Assembly: GCA_965221105.1 (NCBI GenBank)
Contig: OZ244871.1
Location: forward strand, 511,648-575,647
Direction: 5' to 3'
From: Pseudomonadales bacterium
Lineage (GTDB): Bacteria; Pseudomonadota; Gammaproteobacteria; Pseudomonadales; GM7GCV1
DNA: 64,000 nt
Position numbers and translations under genes: made by a program
In this document: positions 18,831 to 29,511 of the stretch, piece by piece
Layout: each line of letters starts with the position of its first letter
Numbering within the stretch: the first letter of the stretch is position 1
Notes under the pieces: generated by a model
The model's database searches: none
The model's input: only the letters and a program-made list of their open reading frames with translations
What the model was told of the DNA's origin: nothing

Positions 18831-19150
18831 CTTCGTCGAAGCACGATGCACTAATTGCACAATTTTTGATCAACGTACTTTGCATGGATCAGTTCCATGG
18901 GTATGATACTCCGCCTTGTTCTGGAGCGACTTTTCGACTCAACATGAGTGCGCTTTGGCAGGTATGACGCAACAGATTATCAGCTGTCTCAACAGGGGTG
19001 TTTGCCAAGAACTCGGGTTAGCTGAAAAACAGAAGCCCGTGCTCAGTCACCTGAACCTGCTCTACAGATATCGCAGGGGACAGAGGAGGTTGATGCTGGC
19101 ACCAAGCATCAATTGATCCGGGAACGCCTCGCAGAAATCAAGCAACTTTC

Positions 19151-19459
19151 ATGGGAAGAACACGCAACATGAGCGCAGCATCAACGAAAACCCGCACATC
19201 CAAAGGTAAGAAGACCCGGAATTTCAAAAAAGCTGCTTCCCTTGGCGATGCCGTCGCCATAGCCGTTGAAGATTATTTTCGTCATCTCGAAGAAGAGCAC
19301 ACCACCGATCTCTACCGACTCGTTCAGCGTGAGGTCGAAGTACCGCTTTTGCGGGCCGTGATGGAGCGGGCTCACAACAACCAGTCGCTCGCCTCACAGA
19401 TACTTGGCCTCAATCGCGGCACTCTGAGAAAAAAACTCATGGAACATAATCTGATTTAA
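19151..19459 (+). CDS. fis: DNA-binding protein Fis
   Basis: C-terminal HTH NNQSLASQILGLNRGTLRKKLMEHNLI and central DLYRLVQREVEVPLLRAVME. The start could be ATG 19170. Confidence 0.9.
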   Translation: MGRTRNMSAASTKTRTSKGKKTRNFKKAASLGDAVAIAVEDYFRHLEEEHTTDLYRLVQREVEVPLLRAVMERAHNNQSLASQILGLNRGTLRKKLMEHNLI

Positions 19460-19474
19460 AATCTGTCCCGCTCA

Positions 19475-21043
19475 ATGCCCACACACCTGAAAACAATCAA
19501 GCGAGCACTGATTAGCGCATCCGACAAGACCGGCATTCTGGAGTTTGCCCGGGAACTTGGCCGCCGGGATGTAGAGATTCTCTCGACAGGAGGCACCTAC
19601 CGCCTCCTAAAAGAAAACCAGATTCCTGTTACCGAGGTATCGAGCTACACCGGTTTTCCTGAGATGATGGATGGCCGCGTCAAAACTCTCCACCCCAAGA
19701 TCTACGGCGGCATTCTGGGCCGCAGGGGAACCGACGACAGGGTTATGGCAGAGCACGGCATTCAAGGTATCGACCTCGTGGTGGTCAACCTCTACCCCTT
19801 TCAGGAAACCGTGGCCAATCCTGACTGTACCCTGGAGGACGCCATCGACAATATTGATATCGGTGGGCCGACGATGGTGCGGGCTGCAGCCAAAAATCAT
19901 GCCGATGTTGCCATAGTGGTAAACACTGCTGACTATCAGCCCCTGTTGGAGGAAATGCGCGAGTATCAGGGGCTGAGTCAGGAAACCCGGTTTGATCTGG
20001 CCATCAAGGCATTCGAGCACACTGCTGCATACGATGCGGCTATTGCCAATCATTTTGGCACCATGGTCCCTGGGGGACGTGACCAATTTCCGCGCACCTG
20101 CAACATCCAGTTCATCAAGGTGGAGGACATGCGCTATGGCGAGAACCCACACCAGGAGAGCGCTTTTTACATTGATCGCCATGTGACCGGACACTGCATT
20201 GCAACAGCTCACCAGCTCCAGGGCAAAGCATTGTCCTTTAATAACATCGCTGATGCAGACACTGCACTGGAGACTGTTCGCCAATTTGACGAGCCCGCCT
20301 GCGTCATCGTCAAACACGCCAATCCTTGTGGTGTATCGATCTCCTCAAGTCTCAAGGAGTCTTACGAACGTGCATTCACGACTGATCCTGAGTCTGCTTT
20401 CGGCGGCGTCCTCGCCTTCAACATCGAGCTGGACGCTCAGACGGCCAAGGCGATTGTGAACACACAGTTTGCTGAGTTGATCATCGCCCCAAAAATTTCT
20501 GCGGAAGCGGTAGAGGTTGTCTCGGAGAAAAAGAATCTTCGTGTGCTGGAATGCGGAGAACTTGAGGAAATGGCACCTGACATGCAGTACAGACAGGTGA
20601 CCGGCGGCATGCTGCTGCAGGACCGGGATATGGGAGCGGTGACACCCGCAGACCTGAAAATCATGACTCAACGCACCCCTACCGAAAAGGAAATTGCCGA
20701 TCTGCTGTTCACCTGGAAAGTCGCAAAAATGGTGAAATCCAACGCCATTGTCTACGGCAAAAATGGCCAAACCATTGGTGTAGGCGCTGGCCAGATGAGC
20801 CGGATCAACTCGGCCCGCATCGCAGCTATCAAGGCTGAGCATGCGAAGCTTTCAATCCATGGTTCATGCATGGCCTCAGATGCCTTTTTCCCGTTCCGCG
20901 ACGGTATTGACTATGCTGCTGAAGTTGGTGTCAGCTGTGTTATCCAGCCCGGGGGCTCAATGCGTGACGAGGAAACCATAGCCGCAGCCGACGAACACAA
21001 CATGGCTATGGTGTTTACCGGAATGCGGCATTTCCGTCATTAG
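19475..21043 (+). CDS. purH: Bifunctional AICAR transformylase / IMP cyclohydrolase
   Basis: [19 protein letters not shown]...GGTYRLL...[20 protein letters not shown]...; 522 aa, full length. Confidence 0.97.
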   Translation: MPTHLKTIKRALISASDKTGILEFARELGRRDVEILSTGGTYRLLKENQIPVTEVSSYTGFPEMMDGRVKTLHPKIYGGILGRRGTDDRVMAEHGIQGIDLVVVNLYPFQETVANPDCTLEDAIDNIDIGGPTMVRAAAKNHADVAIVVNTADYQPLLEEMREYQGLSQETRFDLAIKAFEHTAAYDAAIANHFGTMVPGGRDQFPRTCNIQFIKVEDMRYGENPHQESAFYIDRHVTGHCIATAHQLQGKALSFNNIADADTALETVRQFDEPACVIVKHANPCGVSISSSLKESYERAFTTDPESAFGGVLAFNIELDAQTAKAIVNTQFAELIIAPKISAEAVEVVSEKKNLRVLECGELEEMAPDMQYRQVTGGMLLQDRDMGAVTPADLKIMTQRTPTEKEIADLLFTWKVAKMVKSNAIVYGKNGQTIGVGAGQMSRINSARIAAIKAEHAKLSIHGSCMASDAFFPFRDGIDYAAEVGVSCVIQPGGSMRDEETIAAADEHNMAMVFTGMRHFRH

Positions 21044-21061
21044 AGCACTGAAGTAAAAACG

Positions 21062-22351
21062 ATGAACGTACTGGTAATAGGATCGGGCGGCCGGGAACAT
21101 GCTCTCGCATGGAAAGCAGCTCAATCCAGCGGAGTTGAAACAGTCTATGTCGCTCCTGGAAACGCCGGCACCTCCGCTGAAACCAAGCTGAAAAACGTCG
21201 AACTGAACGTCGACGAGTTTGAAAAGCTGGCAGACTTTGCCGAGGCGAATTCTGTAGCCCTGACCATTGTGGGTCCAGAGGCACCACTCGTTGATGGCAT
21301 TGTGGATTACTTTAGCGAACGCACACTGGCCTGCTTTGGACCCTCCAAAGGTGCTGCACAACTCGAGGGATCCAAAGCGTTCACCAAGGACTTTCTCGCC
21401 AGGCACAATATCCCGACAGCCGCGTACCGGAATTTTTCTGAAGTCGAGCCCGCCCTGGCCTATGTGCGAGAATGTGGTGCCCCCCTGGTCATCAAGGCAG
21501 ATGGGCTCGCCGCTGGCAAGGGTGTCATCATTGCCGAAACACTGGAAGAAGCCAATAAAACCGTGCGCGATATGCTATCTGGAAGTGCCTTCGGCAACGC
21601 CGGGCACCGGGTGGTTATTGAGGAATTCCTTGATGGCGAGGAAGCCAGCTTTATCGTGGTAACGGACGGTTCGTCAGCCATTCCCATGGCGAGCAGCCAG
21701 GATCACAAGAGGATTGGCGAGGGTGACACCGGCCCCAACACTGGAGGTATGGGCGCATATTCTCCCGCACCTGTTGTCACAGAAAACGTGCACCAGCGAG
21801 TCATGGAGGACATCATCATCCCAACGATTGAGGGCATGGCGTCCGAGGGAAATCCATACGTCGGCTTCCTGTATGCTGGGCTCATGGTCACGGCAAAGGG
21901 TACGCCAAAAGTCATTGAATACAACTGCCGGTTTGGCGATCCGGAAACTCAACCCATCATGATGAGGCTTCGATCCGGCCTTGTTGAACTCTGTCTGGCC
22001 ACACTCAACGGGACGCTCAGCAGTCAGAACGCAGACTGGGATCCCCGCCCTGCCCTGGGTGTGGTGCTGGCCGCAGACGGTTATCCTGGCAGCTACCCCA
22101 GAGGTGATCTGATCAACGGTCTGGATGACCTGCCCGACACCGACGCAAAAGTTTTCCACGCGGGAACCCGACACACCGAACGGGGTGTTGTAACCAACGG
22201 GGGGCGGGTCCTCTGCGCGACGGCACTGGGTGGCTCAGTATCCGAAGCGCACAATAACGCCTATGCCTTGGCCGACAAGATACACTGGCCCGGTGTCTAC
22301 AGACGCAATGATATCGGTTTCAGGGCATTCGGCCGTGAGTCCAATCGGTAA
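21062..22351 (+). CDS. purD: Phosphoribosylamine-glycine ligase
   Basis: MNVLVIGSGGREHALAWK...LVIKADGLAAGKGV...EYNCRFGDPETQ; 429 aa. Confidence 0.97.
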   Translation: MNVLVIGSGGREHALAWKAAQSSGVETVYVAPGNAGTSAETKLKNVELNVDEFEKLADFAEANSVALTIVGPEAPLVDGIVDYFSERTLACFGPSKGAAQLEGSKAFTKDFLARHNIPTAAYRNFSEVEPALAYVRECGAPLVIKADGLAAGKGVIIAETLEEANKTVRDMLSGSAFGNAGHRVVIEEFLDGEEASFIVVTDGSSAIPMASSQDHKRIGEGDTGPNTGGMGAYSPAPVVTENVHQRVMEDIIIPTIEGMASEGNPYVGFLYAGLMVTAKGTPKVIEYNCRFGDPETQPIMMRLRSGLVELCLATLNGTLSSQNADWDPRPALGVVLAADGYPGSYPRGDLINGLDDLPDTDAKVFHAGTRHTERGVVTNGGRVLCATALGGSVSEAHNNAYALADKIHWPGVYRRNDIGFRAFGRESNR

Positions 22352-22384
22352 ACCCTGCAGGTGATTTGGGTTACTATAGGTGCC

Positions 22385-23032
22385 ATGGATGCCAGACGAC
22401 TGGGACATTTGGACAGGTTGCTCGATTCGGCAGAAGCAGCATTGCGTACGCTTGCGGCAAAACCGAGAGCGAACCGCACCGCGCCTCTGCTCCATGAGCC
22501 GAATCTGCAGGATGAGCTGAGTGCCGAAGAAAAGAAAGTTTCGGCCAGTCTGATGCGCGTGAACCACACTGGCGAAGTCTGTGCCCAGGCTCTCTATCAG
22601 GGACAGGCACTGACCGCCCGGTTGTCAGACGTCAGGAGTGAAATGGAGCAGGCAGCGGTAGAAGAGATTGATCACCTGGCCTGGTGTGCCGAGAGATTGG
22701 ATCAGCTTGATGACCATCCCAGCTACCTGAACCCGCTGTTCTATGCACTGTCATTCGGAATAGGCGCAACCGCTGGACTGATCGGTGACAGAGTCAGTCT
22801 GGGGTTTGTTGCTGCCACTGAAGAGCGGGTGTGCAGACATCTGCGCGACCACCAGAAACGCCTGCCGGAAAAGGATGCACGCAGTCGTGCCATCGTCGAA
22901 CAAATGCTTGAGGACGAGGAACGTCACGGGCAGGCTGCCCTGGATGCCGCCGGCATCGAATTCCCGGAGCCGGCAAAGAGGTTTATGACGCTGGTGTCCA
23001 AGGTGATGACCGAAACCAGTTCGCGTTTCTAG
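22385..23032 (+). CDS. coq7: Demethoxyubiquinone hydroxylase (COQ7 family di-iron monooxygenase)
   Basis: [21 protein letters not shown]...EEIDHLAWC...[11 protein letters not shown]...MLEDEERHG shows the repeated ExxH di-iron motifs. ATG 22385 preferred over the track start 22361. Confidence 0.88.
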   Translation: MDARRLGHLDRLLDSAEAALRTLAAKPRANRTAPLLHEPNLQDELSAEEKKVSASLMRVNHTGEVCAQALYQGQALTARLSDVRSEMEQAAVEEIDHLAWCAERLDQLDDHPSYLNPLFYALSFGIGATAGLIGDRVSLGFVAATEERVCRHLRDHQKRLPEKDARSRAIVEQMLEDEERHGQAALDAAGIEFPEPAKRFMTLVSKVMTETSSRF

Positions 23033-23051
23033 CCCAAGGTACGCTCAACAA

Positions 23052-23531
23052 CTATGCGGCTTCAATCTCATAGCTGTGACTGATTTCCACGCCCGCTGCC
23101 TCGAGCATAATCGAAGCTGAACAGTATTTCTCCGCGGACAACCTGACAGCCCGCTTCACCTGCGATTCCTTTATTTCAGTGCCCTTTATCCGGAAGTGCA
23201 AATGGATACAGGTAAACACCGCAGGAACGGCATCTGCCCGTTCAGCGGAGACATCGCAGACGCAGTCTCGTACATCCTGACGACCCTTACGCAACATTGA
23301 CATCACGTCAAAGGACGAACACCCGGCGACACCCAACAGCAGGAGTTCCATGGGTCGGACTCCCAGGTTTTCGCCACCTTGATCAGGTGGCCCGTCAATC
23401 ATGAATTCGTGGCCGGTGCCGCTTGCGGCTTTAAATGCGGCACCTCCCTGCCAGGTTACAGTTCCGTTCACAATTTCAATCCCGAAAAAAATGGGATACA
23501 GAGAGTAGCAGAAAGCCGGAGATTCGGGCAC
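23052..23531 (-). CDS. OsmC/Ohr-family peroxiredoxin-like protein
   Basis: GVRPMELLLLGVAGCSSFDVMSMLRK...AEKYCSASIML with the two conserved Cys. The true start is probably downstream of 23531. Confidence 0.8.
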   Translation of the reverse strand: MPESPAFCYSLYPIFFGIEIVNGTVTWQGGAAFKAASGTGHEFMIDGPPDQGGENLGVRPMELLLLGVAGCSSFDVMSMLRKGRQDVRDCVCDVSAERADAVPAVFTCIHLHFRIKGTEIKESQVKRAVRLSAEKYCSASIMLEAAGVEISHSYEIEAA

Positions 23532-23613
23532 TCTCTCCTCTCAAGCCTCACATCCCATTGGGTTCGTTCCCACACATTGCCGTGCCCTGCGGCATGTGTG
23601 CTAGAATGCACCC

Positions 23614-23865
23614 ATGTCTCCAGAGACTCGAATAGCAGTTCTTGAGGAACGTATGAAGACCGTGCAGGCAGAAGCCAAGGCAATGCAGGCTGAATATAAG
23701 ACCGACATAGCGCGTCTCGCCGAAGAGTCCGCGAAACGGGACGCGAAATGGGATGTTGAGGCAGCCAAGCGTGATGCCGAGACAGCCAAGCGGGAAACCC
23801 GCTTGCTGCTTGCGATTGCAGCCATGCTCGCGGTCGGGTTCACGGCACTGGGCTTTTTCACCTGA
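23614..23865 (+). CDS. Small coiled-coil protein with C-terminal membrane anchor (hypothetical)
   Basis: 83 aa. Heptad-like, repetitive AKRDAKWDVEAAKRDAETAKRE, then LLLAIAAMLAVGFTALGFF. The antisense ORF 23601..23861 is a mirror artefact. Confidence 0.4.
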   Translation: MSPETRIAVLEERMKTVQAEAKAMQAEYKTDIARLAEESAKRDAKWDVEAAKRDAETAKRETRLLLAIAAMLAVGFTALGFFT

Positions 23866-24096
23866 TCACACTTTGAGGTCGTTTAGGCATCGCTGCCAAC
23901 TCGCATGGACGAAGGCAACATGCTCAGAAGCCATCATCAATCGTAAGATTGAGCGCGATAAAAAGAGAGGCAATGATGAGGTGGATTCAGGAAACACCGA
24001 AACGCGCTGTAACATCTTGTGTGACATCCAGCCACGCAAATTATGCGGGAAAAATATAACTAAAACGTGCACTTATGACGAAATGTTTTAATCCCC

Positions 24097-24324
24097 CTAC
24101 CGTAACCAGAGGTTACGCGCACGGGCACCAGACATGGGGCTTCGCTGTGCCCGGATAGACCAGGAGGTGGGCAGGGCGCATACTGGATGGCAGCGACTGT
24201 CCACAGGATGACGTAGAACCAGAAGTGTTTGCCAAGATGAAGGACCGCGCACCACTCACCGGTGCGGGCAGCCCCTTCTTCTCCGGGCGCGAAGTGGAAA
24301 TCAATCAATTCCGCGAGAGCGCGG
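24097..24324. repeat. Direct repeat copy 1 (228 bp): 5' end of an AAA/P-loop ATPase gene
   Basis: Aligns with 32041..32268 with about 13 mismatches by eye; the last ~110 bp are identical. The + strand encodes ...FAKMKDRAPLTGAGSPFFSGREVEINQFRESA. Confidence 0.9.
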
Positions 24325-24563
24325 AGCGTGCCCAGGACGGCGGCGACGTGCCCGTGGGGCAGGGAGCGGACAATGTTGAAGGCCTCATCCCGCCCTATCA
24401 TGGGTTCATCCTTGAGCACCCGACGCAGGGCATCGATCTTGGCCTTGGGCCACTTGGAGAGATTGGCCAGGGTGCGTTTCTTGACCTGTCCGTCCTCGCG
24501 CCAGCCTTCACGCAGGAGGATGGCAGGTGGGGAGGAGCGGTTGGGGACTGTGTCCATGTACAT
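24325..24563 (-). mobile_element. IS1634-family transposase, N-terminal ~80 codons only
   Basis: MYMDTVPNRSSPPAILLREGWREDGQVKKRTLANLSKWPKAKIDALRRVLKDE...FNIVRSLPHGHVAAVLGTLR. Similarity ends abruptly at the junction with repeat copy 1. Confidence 0.65.
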
Positions 24564-25012
24564 GGGAATGGCAACGCATGCAATAAAAGCAACACAAATA
24601 TTATCAATTACATGGGAACAATAATCAGTCTCACATACACAGAATCCCCATGCGAATCAACCACTTGACGCGACATTGAGCGAAAATTTTGGGGGAAGTT
24701 CATATATGACCCGCCCCGGTGTGCACGAGCACTTTTCGATCTGGAAGAGACGGGCTGCTACCATATATCCGACCTGTCAATGGGGCTCTCTGCGCCCCTC
24801 GCCCTGATGGAGAGTCGCATCGGTGTGTCCTGATCAGACTATCGACCTCGACAGTGAACACCCTCAGGTGTCCCCATCGGGTCTGTGAACTGCTCAGGTT
24901 CTCACTCCGGCGGTGTGCCTTGTCTGCCATCACGATTCAGTACTCTCACGCACCCCTGGTGGGTTCAATTCATCTGTGTTGTCTGAGTGTCACCCCCTTC
25001 ATACGGGGTGTC

Positions 25013-25150
25013 CTAAAGCCCAAGGTCCTCGCGGATGGAGGGCGCGAGGATCGCCAGTATCTGTCGATCAACAAAATTGACGACACAGACAACCATTAGC
25101 ATGCCGAGCACATACCGGGTGTAGCCGAGGGAATATGGCGGTGCTTTCAT
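25013..25150 (-). pseudogene. MFS transporter 5' fragment (duplicate of the start of 28179..29432)
   Basis: MKAPPYSLGYTRYVLGMLMVVCVVNFVDRQILAILAPSIREDLGL*. About 137 bp are homologous to 29335..29470; it ends at a stop where the full copy continues SDTQIG. Confidence 0.85.
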
Positions 25151-25222
25151 GCTTTCAGGATTTTTGCCCTCGGACTGTCCAAAAATTGGGGAGCACCTCA
25201 CATCATGAGGATCCAACAACAA

Positions 25223-28045
25223 TTAGAGACGAGCACTGACCCTGACACCCCAAGCGCGAGGCAGACCCGACGTCCTGAAGCCAAAGCCGCTCGCACCGGC
25301 CGGAGTAGACTGTAGTGCATAGTTGACGTATTCCTCGTCCCCAGCGTTCTCAACAAACCCTTGGACAGAGTAGCGTTCGGAAGGCGAGTCCCAAGTCAGG
25401 CGCACATTCGCCACACTATATGCTTCCTGCACTTCATAAGGATTGTTGTCCGCAGCGAGGAAGGTATCATCTTGATAGGAGCCATCCAACTGGGCTGTGA
25501 GGCGTCCCCGATCGCCTAGGTCGTGGAAGTAACGAATAGCGTAGTTTGCCATCCGCGCGGGCGTAGCGAGTTCTCCACCATCCAATTCTTCAGCGATAGA
25601 TTTCAGTTCCGAGTCCAAGGTGCCCAGACCAAACACGAACTCCCAGGAATCATGGGGCACATACGTCAGTTCTAGCTCAAGCCCGTATATGTCGGCACTA
25701 CCCGCGTTGAAGTAAACATTCGTGCTACCCACGACGGAACCAGGGTCAGGAATCGTCACCTGTGCCTGCAGGTCTTCAAAGTCCTGGTAGAACACAGCGA
25801 GGTTGGCGCGCAGCCGATTATCAAACCATTCTGTTTTTCCACCTAGTTCATAGGAGGTTACCTGCTCTGAATCGGCAGGGCCCGTGGCGGCTACAGTGGT
25901 TGAGCCGCTGGCCGAGACAGACCAAGCACCACTCTTATAACCGGTAGACACTTGCGCGTAGTACAGCGCATCGTCAGTTGGCGTCCACTCAAGCGAGCCA
26001 CGCCAAGTGAATTCTGTCTCGTCGATATCACCGATTTGGTCGAAAAAGGCACGCGGGCTGTATGACCCACCCTTGGGGTCTCCGCTGAAATTGCTGCCAC
26101 GGTCATAGCGCGTCATCACACGCTCCTCCTGAGTGATACGCGCACCGACAATACCGCGCAGATTGTCAGTGAGATCAAAATTCAGTTCACCGAATGCCGC
26201 CAGCGATTCGGTTTCAGTCGCCGCATCGTAGGCAATGAAGTTTATCTGATCGCGTCCAAGGTAAATTAACAGGTTAGCGTCTTTTTCGTCGGTGTAGTAA
26301 TAGGCGCCAGCCACCCAACGCAGTCCTTCATCACCGCCGGAGAGGCGCAACTCTTGAGAGAACTGCTCTGACTCAAAAGATTTGATGGTATTCAGGTAGC
26401 CAACAGCTTCCGTATGGGCCTCAAAGTCCTGCCCGACAAGATCGTCGTACTCCTCAAATGCGCTAATGGACACAAAATCTGCCCAACCCAAATCGCCGGT
26501 GAACTTCAGGTAGCCGCCGAATGCATTGTATTCTTGGGGAATACTGTGAAACACTGAGAGGCCCTCGTCTGCTTTGGCGTCAAAAACGGACGCGCCTGCA
26601 CCGTTGAAACAGCGATCATTCAAGAAAGCATCCACACCGCATGCTCTACTCGCATAGACCGACCCTTCTGCGGCATCTCTCGCATCATCTATTTCGGCAG
26701 CAGTCGCTCCCGGCGGCAAAGCAGCTTCTGCCGCATCCTGTGCAGCGGCTACTTCCGCCCGAAAAGCAGAGGTTGGGATCTCATCAGTCGAGAACAACCC
26801 TGAGAAGCGATACATTGAAGCGGTGCCATTGGATTCCGCATGCTTGAGTTTGGCCTCCGCCATCCAGTCGTCGTGTAGGTCAACCTGCAAGGTGGCCCGG
26901 AGAGATTGAACGTCGGTTTTGCCCCATCTCGAGTCATTAAAGTCAGGGTTTAAGTTTTTCTGGTAGCCGTCATCCGTGTTTGATTTGAAGGCAATTCGGC
27001 CTCTCACGTCATCGCTGATTGGCCCGCCCACAGCACCTTCCGCAATTACTTGGCTGTTCTGGCCGACCTGAACAGACGCATAGCCATCAAATTCATCGCT
27101 GGGCTTGCGAGAAACAAAATGGACCAGACCGCCCGTAGTGTTGCGGCCAAACAGCGTGCCCTGCGGCCCGCGCAGCACCTCTATACGCTCGAGGTCGAAA
27201 ATCTGGCCGGTGACTGAGGCGTTCGCACCTTGGTAAACCTCGTCGATATAGGTGCCCACAGAAGGTTCATTGATGAAGCTGAAATCAATACTGGTGATAC
27301 CGCGAATGGTGAGAAACGGAGGTCCTGACGGCCCTAACAGGGAGGTGAACGTAAAGTTGGGCACCTGGGCGGACACATCCAGGCCATTTTCGAAGCCCAA
27401 AGATTCGATCGAATCGCCGCTGAAGGCGGTGACAGAAACGGACACATCCTGCAAGCTTTCTTCGCGCTTGCTGGCGGTGACGATGATCTCTTCAATGGTG
27501 GGCCGGTCGGACACGTCACTTTGCGATTGCGCCAAGGCTTCCGCGCCAAATAAGCCGGACACCAGTCCTGCCAGTGCGGCAAACAGTCGATTCCTGTTTA
27601 CTCCAGTATTATTTGCCCTGTCTTTTTTCATGGCACTCCCCGTATTCGTCAACTGACCATGCGCTGAAATACTCAGCACGGTTGCGTCGCTGAACGTCGA
27701 GGTCAACCCGGTACCCGCAAGCAGGATATCCACACCCTGTTGCAGCGTGTGCCTCCCTGTCAAGGCATTGGCGGACTTGTCGCGGACCACATCGTCCGGG
27801 AAAACCAGCGTCAGGTCAGCCTGTTCAGCAAACTCCATGAGTGCACTGTGAACTGGCTGCCGCGGAACATTGAAGTCGAACTCCGCCTCCGCCGCGCTCG
27901 CCCGCACAGCAAAGGCAAAACCCAAAATCAGCAAGGCTAGGCTTGCAGCCCACCTGCCGGCAGCGCGTCCTGTTTGCACTCGCTTAACTGACGAGTCAGG
28001 ACGACTTTTCCCTGAGAACCAGTAAAAAAAATATTTCCCCTCCAT
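25223..28045 (-). CDS. TonB-dependent transducer (FecA/FpvA-type, with N-terminal STN signalling domain)
   Basis: 940 aa. Signal peptide, then STN domain FDFNVPRQPVHSALMEFAEQADLTLVFPDDVVRDKSANALTGRHTLQQGVDILLAGTGL, plug IEEIIVTASKREESLQDVSVSVTAF, barrel end LPRAWGVRVSARL. Collinear with the TBDR at 10..2331. Confidence 0.92.
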   Translation of the reverse strand: MEGKYFFYWFSGKSRPDSSVKRVQTGRAAGRWAASLALLILGFAFAVRASAAEAEFDFNVPRQPVHSALMEFAEQADLTLVFPDDVVRDKSANALTGRHTLQQGVDILLAGTGLTSTFSDATVLSISAHGQLTNTGSAMKKDRANNTGVNRNRLFAALAGLVSGLFGAEALAQSQSDVSDRPTIEEIIVTASKREESLQDVSVSVTAFSGDSIESLGFENGLDVSAQVPNFTFTSLLGPSGPPFLTIRGITSIDFSFINEPSVGTYIDEVYQGANASVTGQIFDLERIEVLRGPQGTLFGRNTTGGLVHFVSRKPSDEFDGYASVQVGQNSQVIAEGAVGGPISDDVRGRIAFKSNTDDGYQKNLNPDFNDSRWGKTDVQSLRATLQVDLHDDWMAEAKLKHAESNGTASMYRFSGLFSTDEIPTSAFRAEVAAAQDAAEAALPPGATAAEIDDARDAAEGSVYASRACGVDAFLNDRCFNGAGASVFDAKADEGLSVFHSIPQEYNAFGGYLKFTGDLGWADFVSISAFEEYDDLVGQDFEAHTEAVGYLNTIKSFESEQFSQELRLSGGDEGLRWVAGAYYYTDEKDANLLIYLGRDQINFIAYDAATETESLAAFGELNFDLTDNLRGIVGARITQEERVMTRYDRGSNFSGDPKGGSYSPRAFFDQIGDIDETEFTWRGSLEWTPTDDALYYAQVSTGYKSGAWSVSASGSTTVAATGPADSEQVTSYELGGKTEWFDNRLRANLAVFYQDFEDLQAQVTIPDPGSVVGSTNVYFNAGSADIYGLELELTYVPHDSWEFVFGLGTLDSELKSIAEELDGGELATPARMANYAIRYFHDLGDRGRLTAQLDGSYQDDTFLAADNNPYEVQEAYSVANVRLTWDSPSERYSVQGFVENAGDEEYVNYALQSTPAGASGFGFRTSGLPRAWGVRVSARL

Positions 28046-28178
28046 TGTGAGTCGGCCTGATTCGCTTAATCAGATAATGCCACTGTCATTTCCTGATCTC
28101 TTCGCGCGCGCCCGGCCCCCTCGCGTGCAGCGGCACAGTCCGCTTGCCAGCCACCAAACCGGGCACATGATACTTCAG

Positions 28179-29432
28179 CTATTTTCCCACCCGGTCGGCT
28201 ACGGCACGGAGGTCGTCCTTCAGGGTGCGCGACGCGCGGAAGTAGAAGTAAAAACTGGCCAGGTAGACGAGATTGCAGAGCAGCAGTGACCAGCGCAGGG
28301 ACTCGACATCGCTTATCTGCGAGCTTGCCTGCAGAACATCGCTCAAAACTCCGACAGTCGTCGGGCCGAATACCAAGCCGATAATACTGGTGATGAACAA
28401 GAGCAACGCCGACGCCCCGGCGCGCATCGAGAGCGGTGCCATGGTCTGGGTCATCGCCAAGGTCGGTCCGATGCTCAGATTTGATAGAAAGGTCGGAAGC
28501 ATGTAGACGATCAAGACCATCCAGAGGGCATCCACGAGGAACATAGCAGCACTGACTGGCACCGAAATCAGCAAAGCCCAGGCTGGCAACAGCATGTACC
28601 AACGAACATCCCGCGCCCCTAGTTTGTCGCCGATGAAACCGGAGAGCAGGGTGCCGGCGCCGCCGAACAGGCCGATGATCAGCCCGAGCGCCGTCCCAAC
28701 TTCACCAGTACTCATGTCGTGTGTGCGCATGAGAAAAGATGGCATCCACGCGATTAAACCGTAGCCCACGAAACTCTGGGTGCCGGAACCTAGGGCAATA
28801 CAGCGAAAGGTCTTGAAACCCCACATGGTACGGATCACGTCGATGAACGGAACGTGATGGGCTGCAGATGGACGCTTCTCCGAATAACCGCGCGGTGGTT
28901 CGCTGACGGTCAGTTTCAGAATCACAGCGAGGATGATGCCGGGCACGCCAACGACGAAAAACGCGTTGCGCCAGCCAAAAAACTCGTTGATCCAACCGCC
29001 TGCGAGATTGCCGAGCAGGATACCGATGGAGACGCCGAGGGCGTAGATGCCGAGCGCGGTGGCACGTTTATCCGGTGCGAAATAGTCGGCGATGAGGGAG
29101 TGCGAAGGTGGCGAACCTCCAGCCTCGCCAATACCAACACCGATGCGCGCAATCAGGAGATGTAGGAAGTTCTGGGCGAATCCGGAGAGCGCGGTCATCA
29201 GGGACCAGATGCCAAGGCAGATCGAGATAATGTTGACCCGGGAATACCGGTCTGCGAGTCGTGCAATGGGTATCCCTAAGGTCGCGTAGAAGATGCCGAA
29301 GGCAACGCCGGAGAGGGTGCCGATCTGGGTATCCGAAAGCCCCAGATCCTCGCGGATGGAGGGTGCGAGGATCGCCAGTATCTGCCGGTCAATGAAATTG
29401 AATACATAGACGACCATCAGTATGCCGAGCAC
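28179..29432 (-). CDS. MFS transporter
   Basis: 417 aa, 12-TM-like. FNFIDRQILAILAPSIREDLGLSDTQIGTLSG...IARLADRYSRVNII. The ATG present in the truncated duplicate is CTG here, so the start is GTG 29432 or unclear. Confidence 0.85.
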   Translation of the reverse strand: MLGILMVVYVFNFIDRQILAILAPSIREDLGLSDTQIGTLSGVAFGIFYATLGIPIARLADRYSRVNIISICLGIWSLMTALSGFAQNFLHLLIARIGVGIGEAGGSPPSHSLIADYFAPDKRATALGIYALGVSIGILLGNLAGGWINEFFGWRNAFFVVGVPGIILAVILKLTVSEPPRGYSEKRPSAAHHVPFIDVIRTMWGFKTFRCIALGSGTQSFVGYGLIAWMPSFLMRTHDMSTGEVGTALGLIIGLFGGAGTLLSGFIGDKLGARDVRWYMLLPAWALLISVPVSAAMFLVDALWMVLIVYMLPTFLSNLSIGPTLAMTQTMAPLSMRAGASALLLFITSIIGLVFGPTTVGVLSDVLQASSQISDVESLRWSLLLCNLVYLASFYFYFRASRTLKDDLRAVADRVGK

Positions 29433-29511
29433 ATACCGCGTGTAACCGAGGGAATAGGGTGGTGCTTTCAGGTGACTCGCCCCATGTCGACAGAGAGCTG
29501 CACGTCCCCGG

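Noticed and set aside
18831-19150. Possible dusB C-terminal remnant upstream of fis.
   Set aside because: None of the three frames gives more than a vague resemblance to DusB C-termini, and the region is only ~320 bp. It is treated as intergenic.
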